47,794 bases of DNA, taken from contig JBJTMX010000044.1 in assembly GCA_046070745.1 (NCBI GenBank), positions 1 to 47,794 of the forward strand, given 5' to 3'. Shown here piece after piece: positions 1 to 8,817 of the stretch (position 1 is its first letter; every line of letters begins with the position of its first letter). This DNA is from Candidatus Planktophila sp. Lineage in GTDB: Bacteria; Actinomycetota; Actinomycetes; Nanopelagicales; Nanopelagicaceae. A model generated the notes under the pieces. It was not told the DNA's origin, searched no databases, and saw nothing but the letters and a program-made list of their open reading frames with translations. Position numbers and translations under genes: made by a program.

Positions 1-99
1 ACGCCATCAACACATAAGGGCGAACCAATATTGCGTTTTGCCATCGTTAATCCTTGGACTCAAGTCAGCGATATCGAAGCGATTCTTGCAACTCTGTAA
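1..99 (+). CDS. 3' end of a PLP-dependent (group II) amino-acid decarboxylase-like gene, partial
   Basis: Frame 1 reads TPSTHKGEPILRFAIVNPWTQVSDIEAILATL*; the LRFxxVNPxT..DI tail is typical of group II decarboxylases. Confidence 0.65.
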   Translation, partial: TPSTHKGEPILRFAIVNPWTQVSDIEAILATL

Positions 100-1098
100 T
101 TAGCGGTCGAGAACGTTGCGCGCTGCGTTGTAAGTTCCACCTTTGCGACGGAATGCGATTCCGCTGAGGGCTTCTAGAACTACGCGATTGGCAAGCATCG
201 CCGTAATATCTGAACTATCGAATGGTGGCGACACTTCAACAACGTCGATACCAACGACTGGAAGTTCAATACAGATTCGACGTACTGCTTCAAGAAGTTC
301 GCGTGAGGTAAGTCCACCCGGCTCTGGTGTGCCAGTGCCCGGTGCCATTCCTGGATCGACAACATCGATATCAACCGAAAGGAATACTCCTTCGGTTTCA
401 TCGGTGAGAATTGCAAATGATTCATCGAGAACTGCTGTGAGGCCGCGGTTATGAATCTCAGTCATCTCATACGAACGCATCTTCTGATCTCGCATCCACT
501 TGAGAGTGGCATCTTCTGGCCAGTAACCGCGAAGACCGACTTGCAAGAAACGATCACCGCGTACATCGCCAGATTCAATGAGGCGACGCATTGGTGTGCC
601 ATGCCCTACTAATGAGCCATTTTGAAGATCACCTGTATCTGCATGCGCATCGAAGTGAATCATTGAAACTTTACCTTTGCCGAGGTGATCGGCAATTCCT
701 GCAACATCTGCAGATGTAACAGAGTGGTCGCCGCCTAGCACCAATGCAATTGCGCCAGCGCGAGAAATTTTTTCGGTAGCTTCACGCAGCAGTGCTAAGC
801 ACTTCACTAAGTCATCAGAGGGCATCATTAAATCGCCGGCATCAACAACTTTTAGATCCTTAAGTCCATCGACGCGAAGTGCCATATGTGGACGTTCGCC
901 ATCATGAGGCAGGTAATCAGTGCCACGAATGGCTTGCGGCCCAAACTTTGCACCAGAACGGTATGAGGTGCCGGCATCGATAGGTGCACCGACAATTACG
1001 ACATTAGCATCTGCATATGTTGCGGGATCATCCAGATCGCAGCGCGGGACGCCAAGGAAAGTGAAGTCTGGACCATACATGTTGCCGATGTTTGCCAT
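100..1098 (-). CDS. speB: Agmatinase / ureohydrolase family
   Basis: GGDHS, DAHAD and SVDIDVVDPGMAPGTGTPEPGG arginase-family Mn-binding motifs. Confidence 0.9.
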   Translation of the reverse strand: MANIGNMYGPDFTFLGVPRCDLDDPATYADANVVIVGAPIDAGTSYRSGAKFGPQAIRGTDYLPHDGERPHMALRVDGLKDLKVVDAGDLMMPSDDLVKCLALLREATEKISRAGAIALVLGGDHSVTSADVAGIADHLGKGKVSMIHFDAHADTGDLQNGSLVGHGTPMRRLIESGDVRGDRFLQVGLRGYWPEDATLKWMRDQKMRSYEMTEIHNRGLTAVLDESFAILTDETEGVFLSVDIDVVDPGMAPGTGTPEPGGLTSRELLEAVRRICIELPVVGIDVVEVSPPFDSSDITAMLANRVVLEALSGIAFRRKGGTYNAARNVLDR

Positions 1099-1145
1099 GG
1101 TTTAAGCATAGTATTCCCACTGACTTAAAGGGAACGAGGAGTGCA

Positions 1146-2051
1146 ATGATTTCGACAACTGAGTGGGTACTTACGATTGCTTTTCTCTCAGCAATTATTC
1201 TCTTCGATCTCACTCTTGCAATAGTTCGACGCAATAAAGAGACATCATTCGCCGAAGCCGCCACATGGACATTTATCTATATCGGTGCCGCAATTGCCTT
1301 CGGAATTTTTCTTCCACAGTGGTCTAGCCAAGAGATTGGAACTCAATACTTCGCAGGTTGGCTGACAGAATATGCGCTCTCTGTCGACAACATTTTCGTT
1401 TTCATTATTCTTTTAACATCTCTCAAGATTAAGAAGGAAGCTCAACAACTAGTTCTGCTTCTAGGAATTCTCCTCACAATCGCAATCCGTGGCCTACTCA
1501 TTCCACTCGGCGCAACTCTAATTTCTCGCTTTGAAGATGTCTTCTTCCTCTTCGGCGCATTCTTGATCTACACAGCTTATAAACTCATCAACGAAAAAGA
1601 AGAAGTTGAAGAAGATGAAGGCAAGCTTGTAAAGGCACTGAAGAAGCGAGGTCTTAGCACCTTTGCTATCGCTCTCATTGCACTAGGAATTACCAACTTG
1701 GTCTTCTCTCTCGATTCGATTCCTGCAATCTTTGGTCTGACAAAGAGCGCCTACGTTGTCACCACTGCAAACGTCTTTGCTCTGATGGGCCTACGTCAGC
1801 TCTACTTCTTACTTGAAGGCTTGCTATCACGCCTTATTTACTTATCTCGCGGCCTCTCATTTATCTTGGCATTTATCGGTATCAAGATGATCTTCGAAGC
1901 AGCTCACGCTCACGGTATTCACACTCCGGAAGTCTCCATTCAAATCAGCCTTGCTGTCATTCTCTTAACGCTTGGTGTCACAGCGGTTTCGAGCCTTGCT
2001 GTTACCCGCGAAGGCGGAAAGCATCACGCGGCTCATCCAGCAAAAAAGTAG
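1146..2051 (+). CDS. TerC/Alx family metal-homeostasis membrane protein
   Basis: EYALSVDNIFVF and FSLDSIPAIF motifs, multiple TM helices; GAGGA RBS before ATG 1146. Confidence 0.9.
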   Translation: MISTTEWVLTIAFLSAIILFDLTLAIVRRNKETSFAEAATWTFIYIGAAIAFGIFLPQWSSQEIGTQYFAGWLTEYALSVDNIFVFIILLTSLKIKKEAQQLVLLLGILLTIAIRGLLIPLGATLISRFEDVFFLFGAFLIYTAYKLINEKEEVEEDEGKLVKALKKRGLSTFAIALIALGITNLVFSLDSIPAIFGLTKSAYVVTTANVFALMGLRQLYFLLEGLLSRLIYLSRGLSFILAFIGIKMIFEAAHAHGIHTPEVSIQISLAVILLTLGVTAVSSLAVTREGGKHHAAHPAKK

Positions 2052-2081
2052 CATGCCTTTCTTCCCGTACTATTAAGCCAA

Positions 2082-2454
2082 GAAGAGTCGCCTGGATCAC
2101 CGCGTTATTGCGAAAGTAATACCGAGGAAAGTCCGGACTTCACAGAGCAAGGTGGTGGGTAACGCCCACTCGGAGAGATCCGCAGGAAAGTGCAACAGAA
2201 AGCAAACCGCCTTTATTTTCTGAAAAGAAAATATCGGTAAGGGTGAAACGGTGGTGTAAGAGACCACCAGTAATTGCAGCAATGCAGTTAGCTATGTAAA
2301 CCCCACCTGAAGCAAGACCAAGAAGATAGTGTGCTGCTCGCACTCAAGCTATCGGGTAGGTCGCTTGAATCTGTAAGTAATTACAGATCTAGATGGATGG
2401 TGATCACAGTCAGCAATGGCGATGACAGAATCCGGCTTATAGGGCGACTCTTCT
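2082..2454 (+). ncRNA. rnpB: RNase P RNA (type A)
   Basis: GAGGAAAGTCCGG, AGTGCAACAGAAA, GGGTGAAACGG, TAAACCCCAC and ACAGAATCCGGCTTA conserved blocks; termini pair (GAAGAGTCGCC / GGCGACTCTTC); TACTAT -10 just upstream. Confidence 0.97.
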
Positions 2455-2455
2455 T

Positions 2456-3070
2456 TTACTCAATTCCTAAAGATCGCAAGACGGAGTTCAAAACAATTTT
2501 CATCGATGCTTTTGTCTCACGCTCTGTGCCAGTAAAGCCCTGAGCGGCAAGCCCTGCAAACCCATGCACCATGCTCCATGCAATCATGGGCGCTTTGTCT
2601 CGTACTGCGTTTGAAATTACTTGAGCTTCAAGAAGATCGTCCAGGCATTTATTGAGAATCCCCCACGGGCTCGGATCTTCGACTTCGAGTTCTGGTGATA
2701 GAAATGTGACAAAAGCGATCTCAAATTGATTCGGGTGACGAATTCCGAACTCGATATACGCAGCGCCTGCCTGCCAAAGGCGGTCGATACTCACCTGCTT
2801 AGAGCCAATTCCCCTTACGGACTTTAATTTCCTCAACATAAGCGTACCGAGCGCTTCACGTGCAGCTTTCGAAACCTCTGCCTTTAAATGTTCTAAATCT
2901 TGAAAATGCCTATATGCAGCCGTCTGACTAACGCCGGTCGCAAGAGAGAGTTGCCTCAAACTCAGCGAGTTAAGTCCGCATCTATCAACTTGTTTGACCC
3001 CGGCAGCTATCAGCGAGGCTTTCAGATCGCCATGATGAAAATTAGATGCGGATTTCTTTAATGTTGACAT
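2456..3070 (-). CDS. TetR/AcrR family regulator (WHG-type C-terminal domain)
   Basis: FHHGDLK...LSLRQLSLATGVSQTAAYRHF HTH; WSMVHG motif; start reassigned to MSTLKK. Confidence 0.88.
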   Translation of the reverse strand: MSTLKKSASNFHHGDLKASLIAAGVKQVDRCGLNSLSLRQLSLATGVSQTAAYRHFQDLEHLKAEVSKAAREALGTLMLRKLKSVRGIGSKQVSIDRLWQAGAAYIEFGIRHPNQFEIAFVTFLSPELEVEDPSPWGILNKCLDDLLEAQVISNAVRDKAPMIAWSMVHGFAGLAAQGFTGTERETKASMKIVLNSVLRSLGIE

Positions 3071-3093
3071 TGTTAACATTATTCCATTATTCT
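3060..3093. promoter_or_regulatory. Putative TetR operator overlapping a TTGACA-N18-TATTCT promoter
   Basis: Imperfect 21-bp inverted repeat AATGTTGACATTGTTAACATT (3060-3080) contains TTGACA (3064-3069); TATTCT at 3088-3093. Confidence 0.6.
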
Positions 3094-3122
3094 GCGTTTC
3101 AGTCAATATTAAGGAGATTCTG

Positions 3123-4136
3123 GTGAAGGTACTTATAACGGGTGCAAGTGGATACATCGGAAAGCACATAGCGCTTCAGCTTCTTAATGATGGATTTGAA
3201 GTGCGTGCGTCGGTGCGCAATCTGAGCAAAGCTTCAGAAGTGAGGAATGCAGTACTCCCCCTCTTGCAGAGTGAGGACAAATTAGATTCGAGACTTACCT
3301 TCGTTGAACTCGATCTCGAGAAGGATTCTGGATGGCGTGAAGCTCTCGTAGGTGTAGACGCGCTCCTCCACACTGCATCCCCCTTCCCAATCGCTTCCCC
3401 AAAGAATGAAGATGAACTCATCATTCCGGCCGTCCAAGGAACTTTAAGAGCGCTTAAGGCTGCGCATGACGCGGGAGTTAATCGCGTCGTTCTCACATCG
3501 TCGATTGCTGCGATTTACGGTTCGGATTTACCCGCAGGAAAGTCTGCCTTTGATGAGAGCATCTATTCAGACGTGACTCATCCGGTTGGACGCCAGGCAT
3601 ATACAAAATCCAAAACTCTGGCAGAGGCAGCTGCCTGGGAATATGTAGAAACCACCGCACCAGAAATTCAATTGACGACAATTAACCCCGTACTCGTCCT
3701 CGGTGCACCTTTGGATAAGAATTTTGGTTCTTCAGTCTCGATCATTGAAAGAATTCTCAAGGGTAGTGACCCGATGCTTCCGGATCTCTCTTTCTCGATT
3801 GTTCACGTTAAGGACGTTGCGAAAATGCATATTCTTGCACTCAAGAATGATGCAGCAATAGGTCAGAGAATTATTGCAAGTGCGAGTGCAATGTCTTTTG
3901 TTGATATTGCCAAGCTTCTCAAAGTGACTTTCTCGATGCGCAAAATTAAAACACTGCAGGCTCCCAATTTCATTATTCGAGTTCTGTCATTCTTTGATAC
4001 CGACATCAAGGCAGTATTACCGCTACTCGGAGATAGAACACCTGTGGATTCATCGAAGGCAAAATCACTTTTGGGGATCAATTTCATCAGCGCTGAGGAA
4101 ACGGTGATTGAGACTGCCGAGTTCCTCATTCCATAG
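3123..4136 (+). CDS. NAD(P)-dependent extended SDR / aldehyde reductase (dihydroflavonol reductase-like)
   Basis: ITGASGYIG, HTASPF, TSS and YTKSK motifs; AAGGAG RBS before GTG. Confidence 0.9.
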   Translation: MKVLITGASGYIGKHIALQLLNDGFEVRASVRNLSKASEVRNAVLPLLQSEDKLDSRLTFVELDLEKDSGWREALVGVDALLHTASPFPIASPKNEDELIIPAVQGTLRALKAAHDAGVNRVVLTSSIAAIYGSDLPAGKSAFDESIYSDVTHPVGRQAYTKSKTLAEAAAWEYVETTAPEIQLTTINPVLVLGAPLDKNFGSSVSIIERILKGSDPMLPDLSFSIVHVKDVAKMHILALKNDAAIGQRIIASASAMSFVDIAKLLKVTFSMRKIKTLQAPNFIIRVLSFFDTDIKAVLPLLGDRTPVDSSKAKSLLGINFISAEETVIETAEFLIP

Positions 4137-4189
4137 CTCCGGCTTGAAAAGGGACTCGTCTTCTTTCGAGTCTGGGTTAGTCTCCACAT

Positions 4190-4402
4190 ACGTCTGAAAC
4201 AGAAATCACAGTCGACGATGACATTGTGCAAGCTCACGCAGAATTACATGAATGCCTAAACGCAGTTCGCGTCTTGATTCGCGAGGTAGCCCCTGATACC
4301 CATGAGTGCACCGACTACTTTCAGCTGCCTGAATATTGTAATTCAGACTACGACTATGACGGTATGTCCGTTTGGTTTAGTGATAAGAAAACAAAGGACT
4401 AG
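4190..4402 (+). pseudogene. Degenerate DUF1801/YdhG-like gene (start ACG, early stop)
   Basis: Frame reads (T)SETEITVDDDIVQAHAELHECLNAVRVLIREVAPDTHECTDYFQLPEYCNSDYDYDGMSVWFSDKKTKD*; TAGTCT-N6 leaderless -10 sits exactly before the ACG. Confidence 0.6.
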
Positions 4403-4459
4403 TTACTTCGGCACGAATGCAGCTATTTGGGGATCTTCTGTAAAAAGTTTTTGCATTAC

Positions 4460-4891
4460 CTAGTGTTGATTGATTCCAACAAATCCAGCGACAGCTGGCT
4501 CATGAATATCAACCACTTTATGGGCGAAGTCCCAGAAATTCTCCAACTGCGGAGTTACGGCAATTTTTGCATCGGTATGAAGTAAGAAATACAGATGGCG
4601 TACTGCGTGGCATTCAATGGGTGGTAAAGACGCGGCATCGTGATACGAAGATCCAATTTGCAAAATATCTGGCGCTAGGCGATATCCATCAGGAAATACT
4701 TGTACAAAGGTCAAGATAACTCGATTATCCAACCATCTCCACGAAGTCGAATGGGTAAGAGCATCCGGCTCATCATCCTCAAGCATGGCTACCGGGTCTA
4801 CGGAATCTTCTAATTCTCGGTGGCTCGTTTGCAGAAATAGTCGATCATCACTAATTGTCATCTTGATGACTTCTAGAAGTATTTTGGCCAC
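4460..4891 (-). CDS. Hypothetical protein (HSTSWR...HAVRHL motif)
   Basis: 143-aa ORF with TACCAT-N6-GTG leaderless start. Confidence 0.7.
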   Translation of the reverse strand: MAKILLEVIKMTISDDRLFLQTSHRELEDSVDPVAMLEDDEPDALTHSTSWRWLDNRVILTFVQVFPDGYRLAPDILQIGSSYHDAASLPPIECHAVRHLYFLLHTDAKIAVTPQLENFWDFAHKVVDIHEPAVAGFVGINQH

Positions 4892-4981
4892 GAGGAGATG
4901 GTAAACGAGTATCGAAAGTCCAATGTTATTTTCCTTGAGTTATTACCCTTTCAAAATCTCACATACCACTACGCTTGCATC

Positions 4982-5194
4982 ATGGCCGAGAAAAAAGTGA
5001 TGGGTCCCGCCTCATATTTTCCTTCAATTGAGAAGAAATATGGCAAACCAATAGATTTCTGGATGAGAGAGCTGAAGAAAGTTTCCCAGCTTGCCCATAT
5101 GGAGCAGGTCGCTCATCTAAAGGAGAAATTTGAGATGGGCCATGGCCACGCCAATGCATTGGTTGCTCAATTTCGCAAAGAGAACGGTCTCTAA
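4982..5194 (+). CDS. DUF4287 domain protein
   Basis: GPASYFPSIEKKYGKPI...GHGHANALV signature; TACGCT-N6-ATG. Confidence 0.88.
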   Translation: MAEKKVMGPASYFPSIEKKYGKPIDFWMRELKKVSQLAHMEQVAHLKEKFEMGHGHANALVAQFRKENGL

Positions 5195-5200
5195 GGCGCA

Positions 5201-5214
5201 GACTTTTAAAAGTC
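5201..5214. promoter_or_regulatory. Perfect 14-bp palindrome, possible operator
   Basis: GACTTTTAAAAGTC upstream of TAGAAT (5228-5233) before the Asp-box gene. Confidence 0.35.
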
Positions 5215-5287
5215 GATACTCCGTCAGTAGAATCGGACCCTCCTTAGCGGGCATAAATCGGATTTTGTTGAAGGGCAGCAGCGGCAG

Positions 5288-6769
5288 ATGAATCACGACG
5301 ACACTTACTTCGACGATCCAATGCATGACGATGATGCAGCGCCGCGAAGCAAGAAATCAAAGCCCCTCTTTGTTGTAGCTTTATTGGCAGTTGCAGGTTT
5401 CTTGATTCAGAACACTTTGGCGGCGAATATCTCAATCTCCTCCGGTGCAGTCTTGGAATTTGGTCAGGGAATTCAGGTGCTCACTCCTTGTTCCGGCAGC
5501 CAATCAATCACGATGACCCCAGGCTCAACTTTTGTAAACGTAACGAATGCAGGCAACCATAAATTTGGCTCGTTAACTGTCAGCAATATTCCTTCATCGT
5601 GTTACGGCGACTACTTCACTATCTCTGCGTATGACACTTCAACTAACTCTGCACTTCCACTATATGGAAGTTCTGCTACTAGCTTTACCGTGCATGACTG
5701 GAACGGAACTTTCTACAGTCCTAGTTCGCAGGCAGGTTTGAGTGTTGTAACCAACTCGACAAGTTCTTTTACGGCAACATTTGCAACACCTATTACCGCT
5801 TCAACTTCGGTCTATCGATTGACAATCCAGAGCGGTAAGAGTCAGATCACTCTTACCTGTGTGATTGTTGGATCCACATGTACCTTCACAAGTCGTGCAG
5901 CAAGCAGCAATTACACGGCTGCGGCAGCATCGGATGATTTGAGTGTTCTCTATGCTGGCCAAGATGGAGCACAAATTGTTAAATCTTCAAATGGTGGCGT
6001 GACCTGGTCAACTTTATCGACTACCGCATATGCACATTGGTACGGACTGGATACGAGCTCCGATGGAAGCAAGGTCGTTGCTTCCGAACTTGTCTCAGGC
6101 AATGTCTGGACTTCATCTGATGCTGGTGCAACCTGGACTGCACGTACAGGAGCGGGAACGCGAAGCTGGAACTCGGTTGCGATGAGCGGAAGTGGAAGCA
6201 AGATTATTGCGGCAGCAGATAACGCATACCTGCAAATTTCAACTGATTCTGGTGCAACATGGACAGCGCAGACATCTGCTGGGCAGCGCAACTGGGCCGC
6301 TGTATCCATGAGCTCTGATGGCAGCAAGTTAGTGGCTCTCACAAGCGGCGGAGCTAACAGTGTCTGGACCTCTGCAGATGGCGGCACAACGTGGACCCAG
6401 CGCACAAATCCAGCTGGACCACCATCCTGGAGATTAGTACGCAGCAGTGGTGATGGCGCCAATGTTGTTGCAAGTAGCTACGGCGGATATGTCTGGGTTT
6501 CTAACGACTATGGAGTCACTTGGAGTTCAGCGACAAGTATTGGGTCAACGAACTGGAAGGCGGTTGATGTCAGCAAAGATGGCTCAACTATGGTCGCAGG
6601 TGTTGGTTGGACTGCAAGTGGCTTGCTCTACATTTCCACCGATAGCGGTGCTACGTGGCGATCGGTTGCGGGGTCACCCACAAAGGATTGGCATTCAGCC
6701 CACCTAGACACAACTGGATCAAAGTTATTCGTTGCTGCCTACTCTGACTATCTCTTTACAACGTACTAA
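5288..6769 (+). CDS. Exported/membrane-anchored Asp-box (BNR) repeat beta-propeller protein
   Basis: N-terminal TM/signal; six S-x-D/N-x-G-x-T-W repeats at ~42-aa spacing. Confidence 0.85.
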   Translation: MNHDDTYFDDPMHDDDAAPRSKKSKPLFVVALLAVAGFLIQNTLAANISISSGAVLEFGQGIQVLTPCSGSQSITMTPGSTFVNVTNAGNHKFGSLTVSNIPSSCYGDYFTISAYDTSTNSALPLYGSSATSFTVHDWNGTFYSPSSQAGLSVVTNSTSSFTATFATPITASTSVYRLTIQSGKSQITLTCVIVGSTCTFTSRAASSNYTAAAASDDLSVLYAGQDGAQIVKSSNGGVTWSTLSTTAYAHWYGLDTSSDGSKVVASELVSGNVWTSSDAGATWTARTGAGTRSWNSVAMSGSGSKIIAAADNAYLQISTDSGATWTAQTSAGQRNWAAVSMSSDGSKLVALTSGGANSVWTSADGGTTWTQRTNPAGPPSWRLVRSSGDGANVVASSYGGYVWVSNDYGVTWSSATSIGSTNWKAVDVSKDGSTMVAGVGWTASGLLYISTDSGATWRSVAGSPTKDWHSAHLDTTGSKLFVAAYSDYLFTTY

Positions 6770-6794
6770 CGGAAGCAAAGGATTGGAGTCGTAA

Positions 6795-7127
6795 TTGGCA
6801 CAGTACATCACTTATTTCAATCAACAATGGGTGGGCAATCATTCCGCTGAATGGTTTCAATCTCGAGGTCCGCTTGCACGGGCTGTTGTTTCGGAAATGA
6901 AGGAAGCAGGAATTCTAATTTTCGCAGGTGGTCTCGTAGAGGAAATTGAAGAGGCCTTTGGCGCTGATGAGTCCGGCACTCTTGGCGCTGCAATTACTCA
7001 AGACGGCGAATTTATCGGTGGTCTAACAATTTTTGAAGCAGCATCAGATGAAGAAGCGCAGATGTGGGGAGCAAAGATTGCAGTTGCCTGCGGGTGGCCG
7101 CAAGAAACTCGTAGATTTAAGGGGTAG
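6795..7127 (+). CDS. YciI/DGPF-like protein
   Basis: AGILIFAGGL, EFIGGLTIF, EEAQMW..KIA, ETRRF pattern; GGAG RBS before TTG. Confidence 0.75.
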   Translation: MAQYITYFNQQWVGNHSAEWFQSRGPLARAVVSEMKEAGILIFAGGLVEEIEEAFGADESGTLGAAITQDGEFIGGLTIFEAASDEEAQMWGAKIAVACGWPQETRRFKG

Positions 7128-7152
7128 CAACTTCTGCTAGTAAACTCACGGC

Positions 7153-7497
7153 ATGAGCGAGCAACTTCCCCCATGCCCTGAATGTAAATCCGAGTACTCC
7201 TATGAGTTGGGCGAACTTCTCATCTGCCCAGAGTGCGCACATGAATGGAACCCGCATGATGTGGCGGTAGAAGATGCTCAAGTCATCAAAGATGCTTCAG
7301 GGAATGTCTTAGCTGATGGAGACGATGTGACCATCATCAAAGATATGAAGGTAAAGGGCAGCTCCAACATTCTAAAAGTTGGGACAAAAGTTCGCAGCAT
7401 TCGCCTGGTTGCAGGACCCGGCGATCACGATATAGAAGCCAAAGTCGATGGCTTTGGTCCTATGAATCTAAAATCCAGCATAGTTAGAAAGGCTTGA
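7153..7497 (+). CDS. yjdM: PhnA/YjdM zinc-ribbon protein
   Basis: [10 protein letters not shown]...CPECAHEW; [23 protein letters not shown]. Confidence 0.92.
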   Translation: MSEQLPPCPECKSEYSYELGELLICPECAHEWNPHDVAVEDAQVIKDASGNVLADGDDVTIIKDMKVKGSSNILKVGTKVRSIRLVAGPGDHDIEAKVDGFGPMNLKSSIVRKA

Positions 7498-7501
7498 GTC
7501 C

Positions 7502-7900
7502 ATGATTAACGCCATCTTCTTAAATCTCCCCATTAAGAACCTCGAAAAATCGGTTACTTTTTTTAAAGGCTTGGGATTTACATTTAATCAACAATTTACA
7601 TCTGAAGAATCAACTTGCATGATTATTGGCGAGAACATGTATGCAATGTTGTGCGTAGAAGAGCGTTTTCAAAAGTTCTTGGCCAAGCCCATTGCGGATC
7701 CCTCAACTACAGAAGTTCTGATATCACTGTCATGCCAATCAAAGGACGAAGTTACTGCTCTTGCTGAGAAAGCTTTCACCCTCGGCGGCCGAAAGATAAA
7801 TGAACCTGATGATTTGGGCTTTATGTATAGCTGGGGCTTTGAGGATCTTGACGGGCATGTGTGGGATCTTTTCTGGATGGACCCAGCCCATGTTCAGTGA
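7502..7900 (+). CDS. VOC/glyoxalase family protein
   Basis: IFLNLPIKNLEKSVTFF; GFMYSWGFEDLDGHVW. Confidence 0.9.
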   Translation: MINAIFLNLPIKNLEKSVTFFKGLGFTFNQQFTSEESTCMIIGENMYAMLCVEERFQKFLAKPIADPSTTEVLISLSCQSKDEVTALAEKAFTLGGRKINEPDDLGFMYSWGFEDLDGHVWDLFWMDPAHVQ

Positions 7901-8753
7901 TGCGACTTTGCTCGACGGTGGCTTTTCAACCGCTCTTGAAGAGTTAGGCAACACGCTCAATACCTCTCTGTGGTCAGGAGAGCTATTAAAGAGCCACCCC
8001 GATCAAGTACGTGCAGCTCACAAGCTTTTTGCTGATGCGGGTGCGCAAATATTGATTACTAGTTCGTATCAAATTACCTTTCCAGGTTGTGAATCTTTAG
8101 GCTGGAGTAAGGCCGATGTCGATAAAGCTCTCGCTGATTCGACAGAGCTTGCCCGTTTTCCTGGAGTTAAGGTTGCAGCATCTGTCGGTCCCTACGGCGC
8201 CTACCTTGCTGATGGATCTGAATATCGCGGCAATTACGGGTTGAGTAGAGAACAACTCAAAGATTTTCACCGAGATCGATTGAAGGCGCTGATTGATACC
8301 GACCCTGATCTGCTCGCCGTTGAAACAATTCCTGAACTCACTGAAGCAGAAGCGGTAATCGAGCTCATCAACGAGATAAAGCCAGATATGCCTTTCTGGA
8401 TATCATTTTCGTGCAGATCAGAAAGTGAATTATCCTCGGGTGAAAAATTCGCAGATGCTGTTGGGTTAGTGAATTCAGCCCCATCTGCTATTGCCGTAGG
8501 CATAAATTGCACAAAGCCAACATTTATTGCGCCACTGCTTCAGAGCGCGGCCTCATCAATTCCGTATGTTGTATATCCAAACTCCGGTCGCGAATGGGAT
8601 GCAGTTGCAAAAGAGTGGCTCGGTCCCATTGATGCAAGTTTTGAAATTACTGACATTCAGGAGTGGAAATCACAGGGTGCCACCGTTATTGGTGGGTGTT
8701 GCGGCGTAAGTCCAAGCGATATTGCGAAACTTGGCACTCTCATCACCGGTTAG
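7890..8753 (+). CDS. mmuM: Homocysteine S-methyltransferase
   Basis: LLDGGFST, SVGPYGAYLADGSEYRG, GINC, YPNSG and IGGCCG Zn ligands. Confidence 0.92.
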   Translation: MFSDATLLDGGFSTALEELGNTLNTSLWSGELLKSHPDQVRAAHKLFADAGAQILITSSYQITFPGCESLGWSKADVDKALADSTELARFPGVKVAASVGPYGAYLADGSEYRGNYGLSREQLKDFHRDRLKALIDTDPDLLAVETIPELTEAEAVIELINEIKPDMPFWISFSCRSESELSSGEKFADAVGLVNSAPSAIAVGINCTKPTFIAPLLQSAASSIPYVVYPNSGREWDAVAKEWLGPIDASFEITDIQEWKSQGATVIGGCCGVSPSDIAKLGTLITG

Positions 8754-8817
8754 AATTACCTCTACTAATGGCAGCGTTGCCTCAATTCATTTCACTTATC
8801 TCCTAGAGGATCTCATT

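Noticed and set aside
5900-6700. DNA-level repetitiveness in the Asp-box gene as a tandem repeat or diversity-generating element
   Set aside because: Repeats are degenerate protein-level propeller blades; no reverse transcriptase or template repeat
8754-8817. Possible SAM or amino-acid riboswitch before the ABC binding protein
   Set aside because: Only 64 nt, with no recognisable SAM-I/IV/V or other consensus
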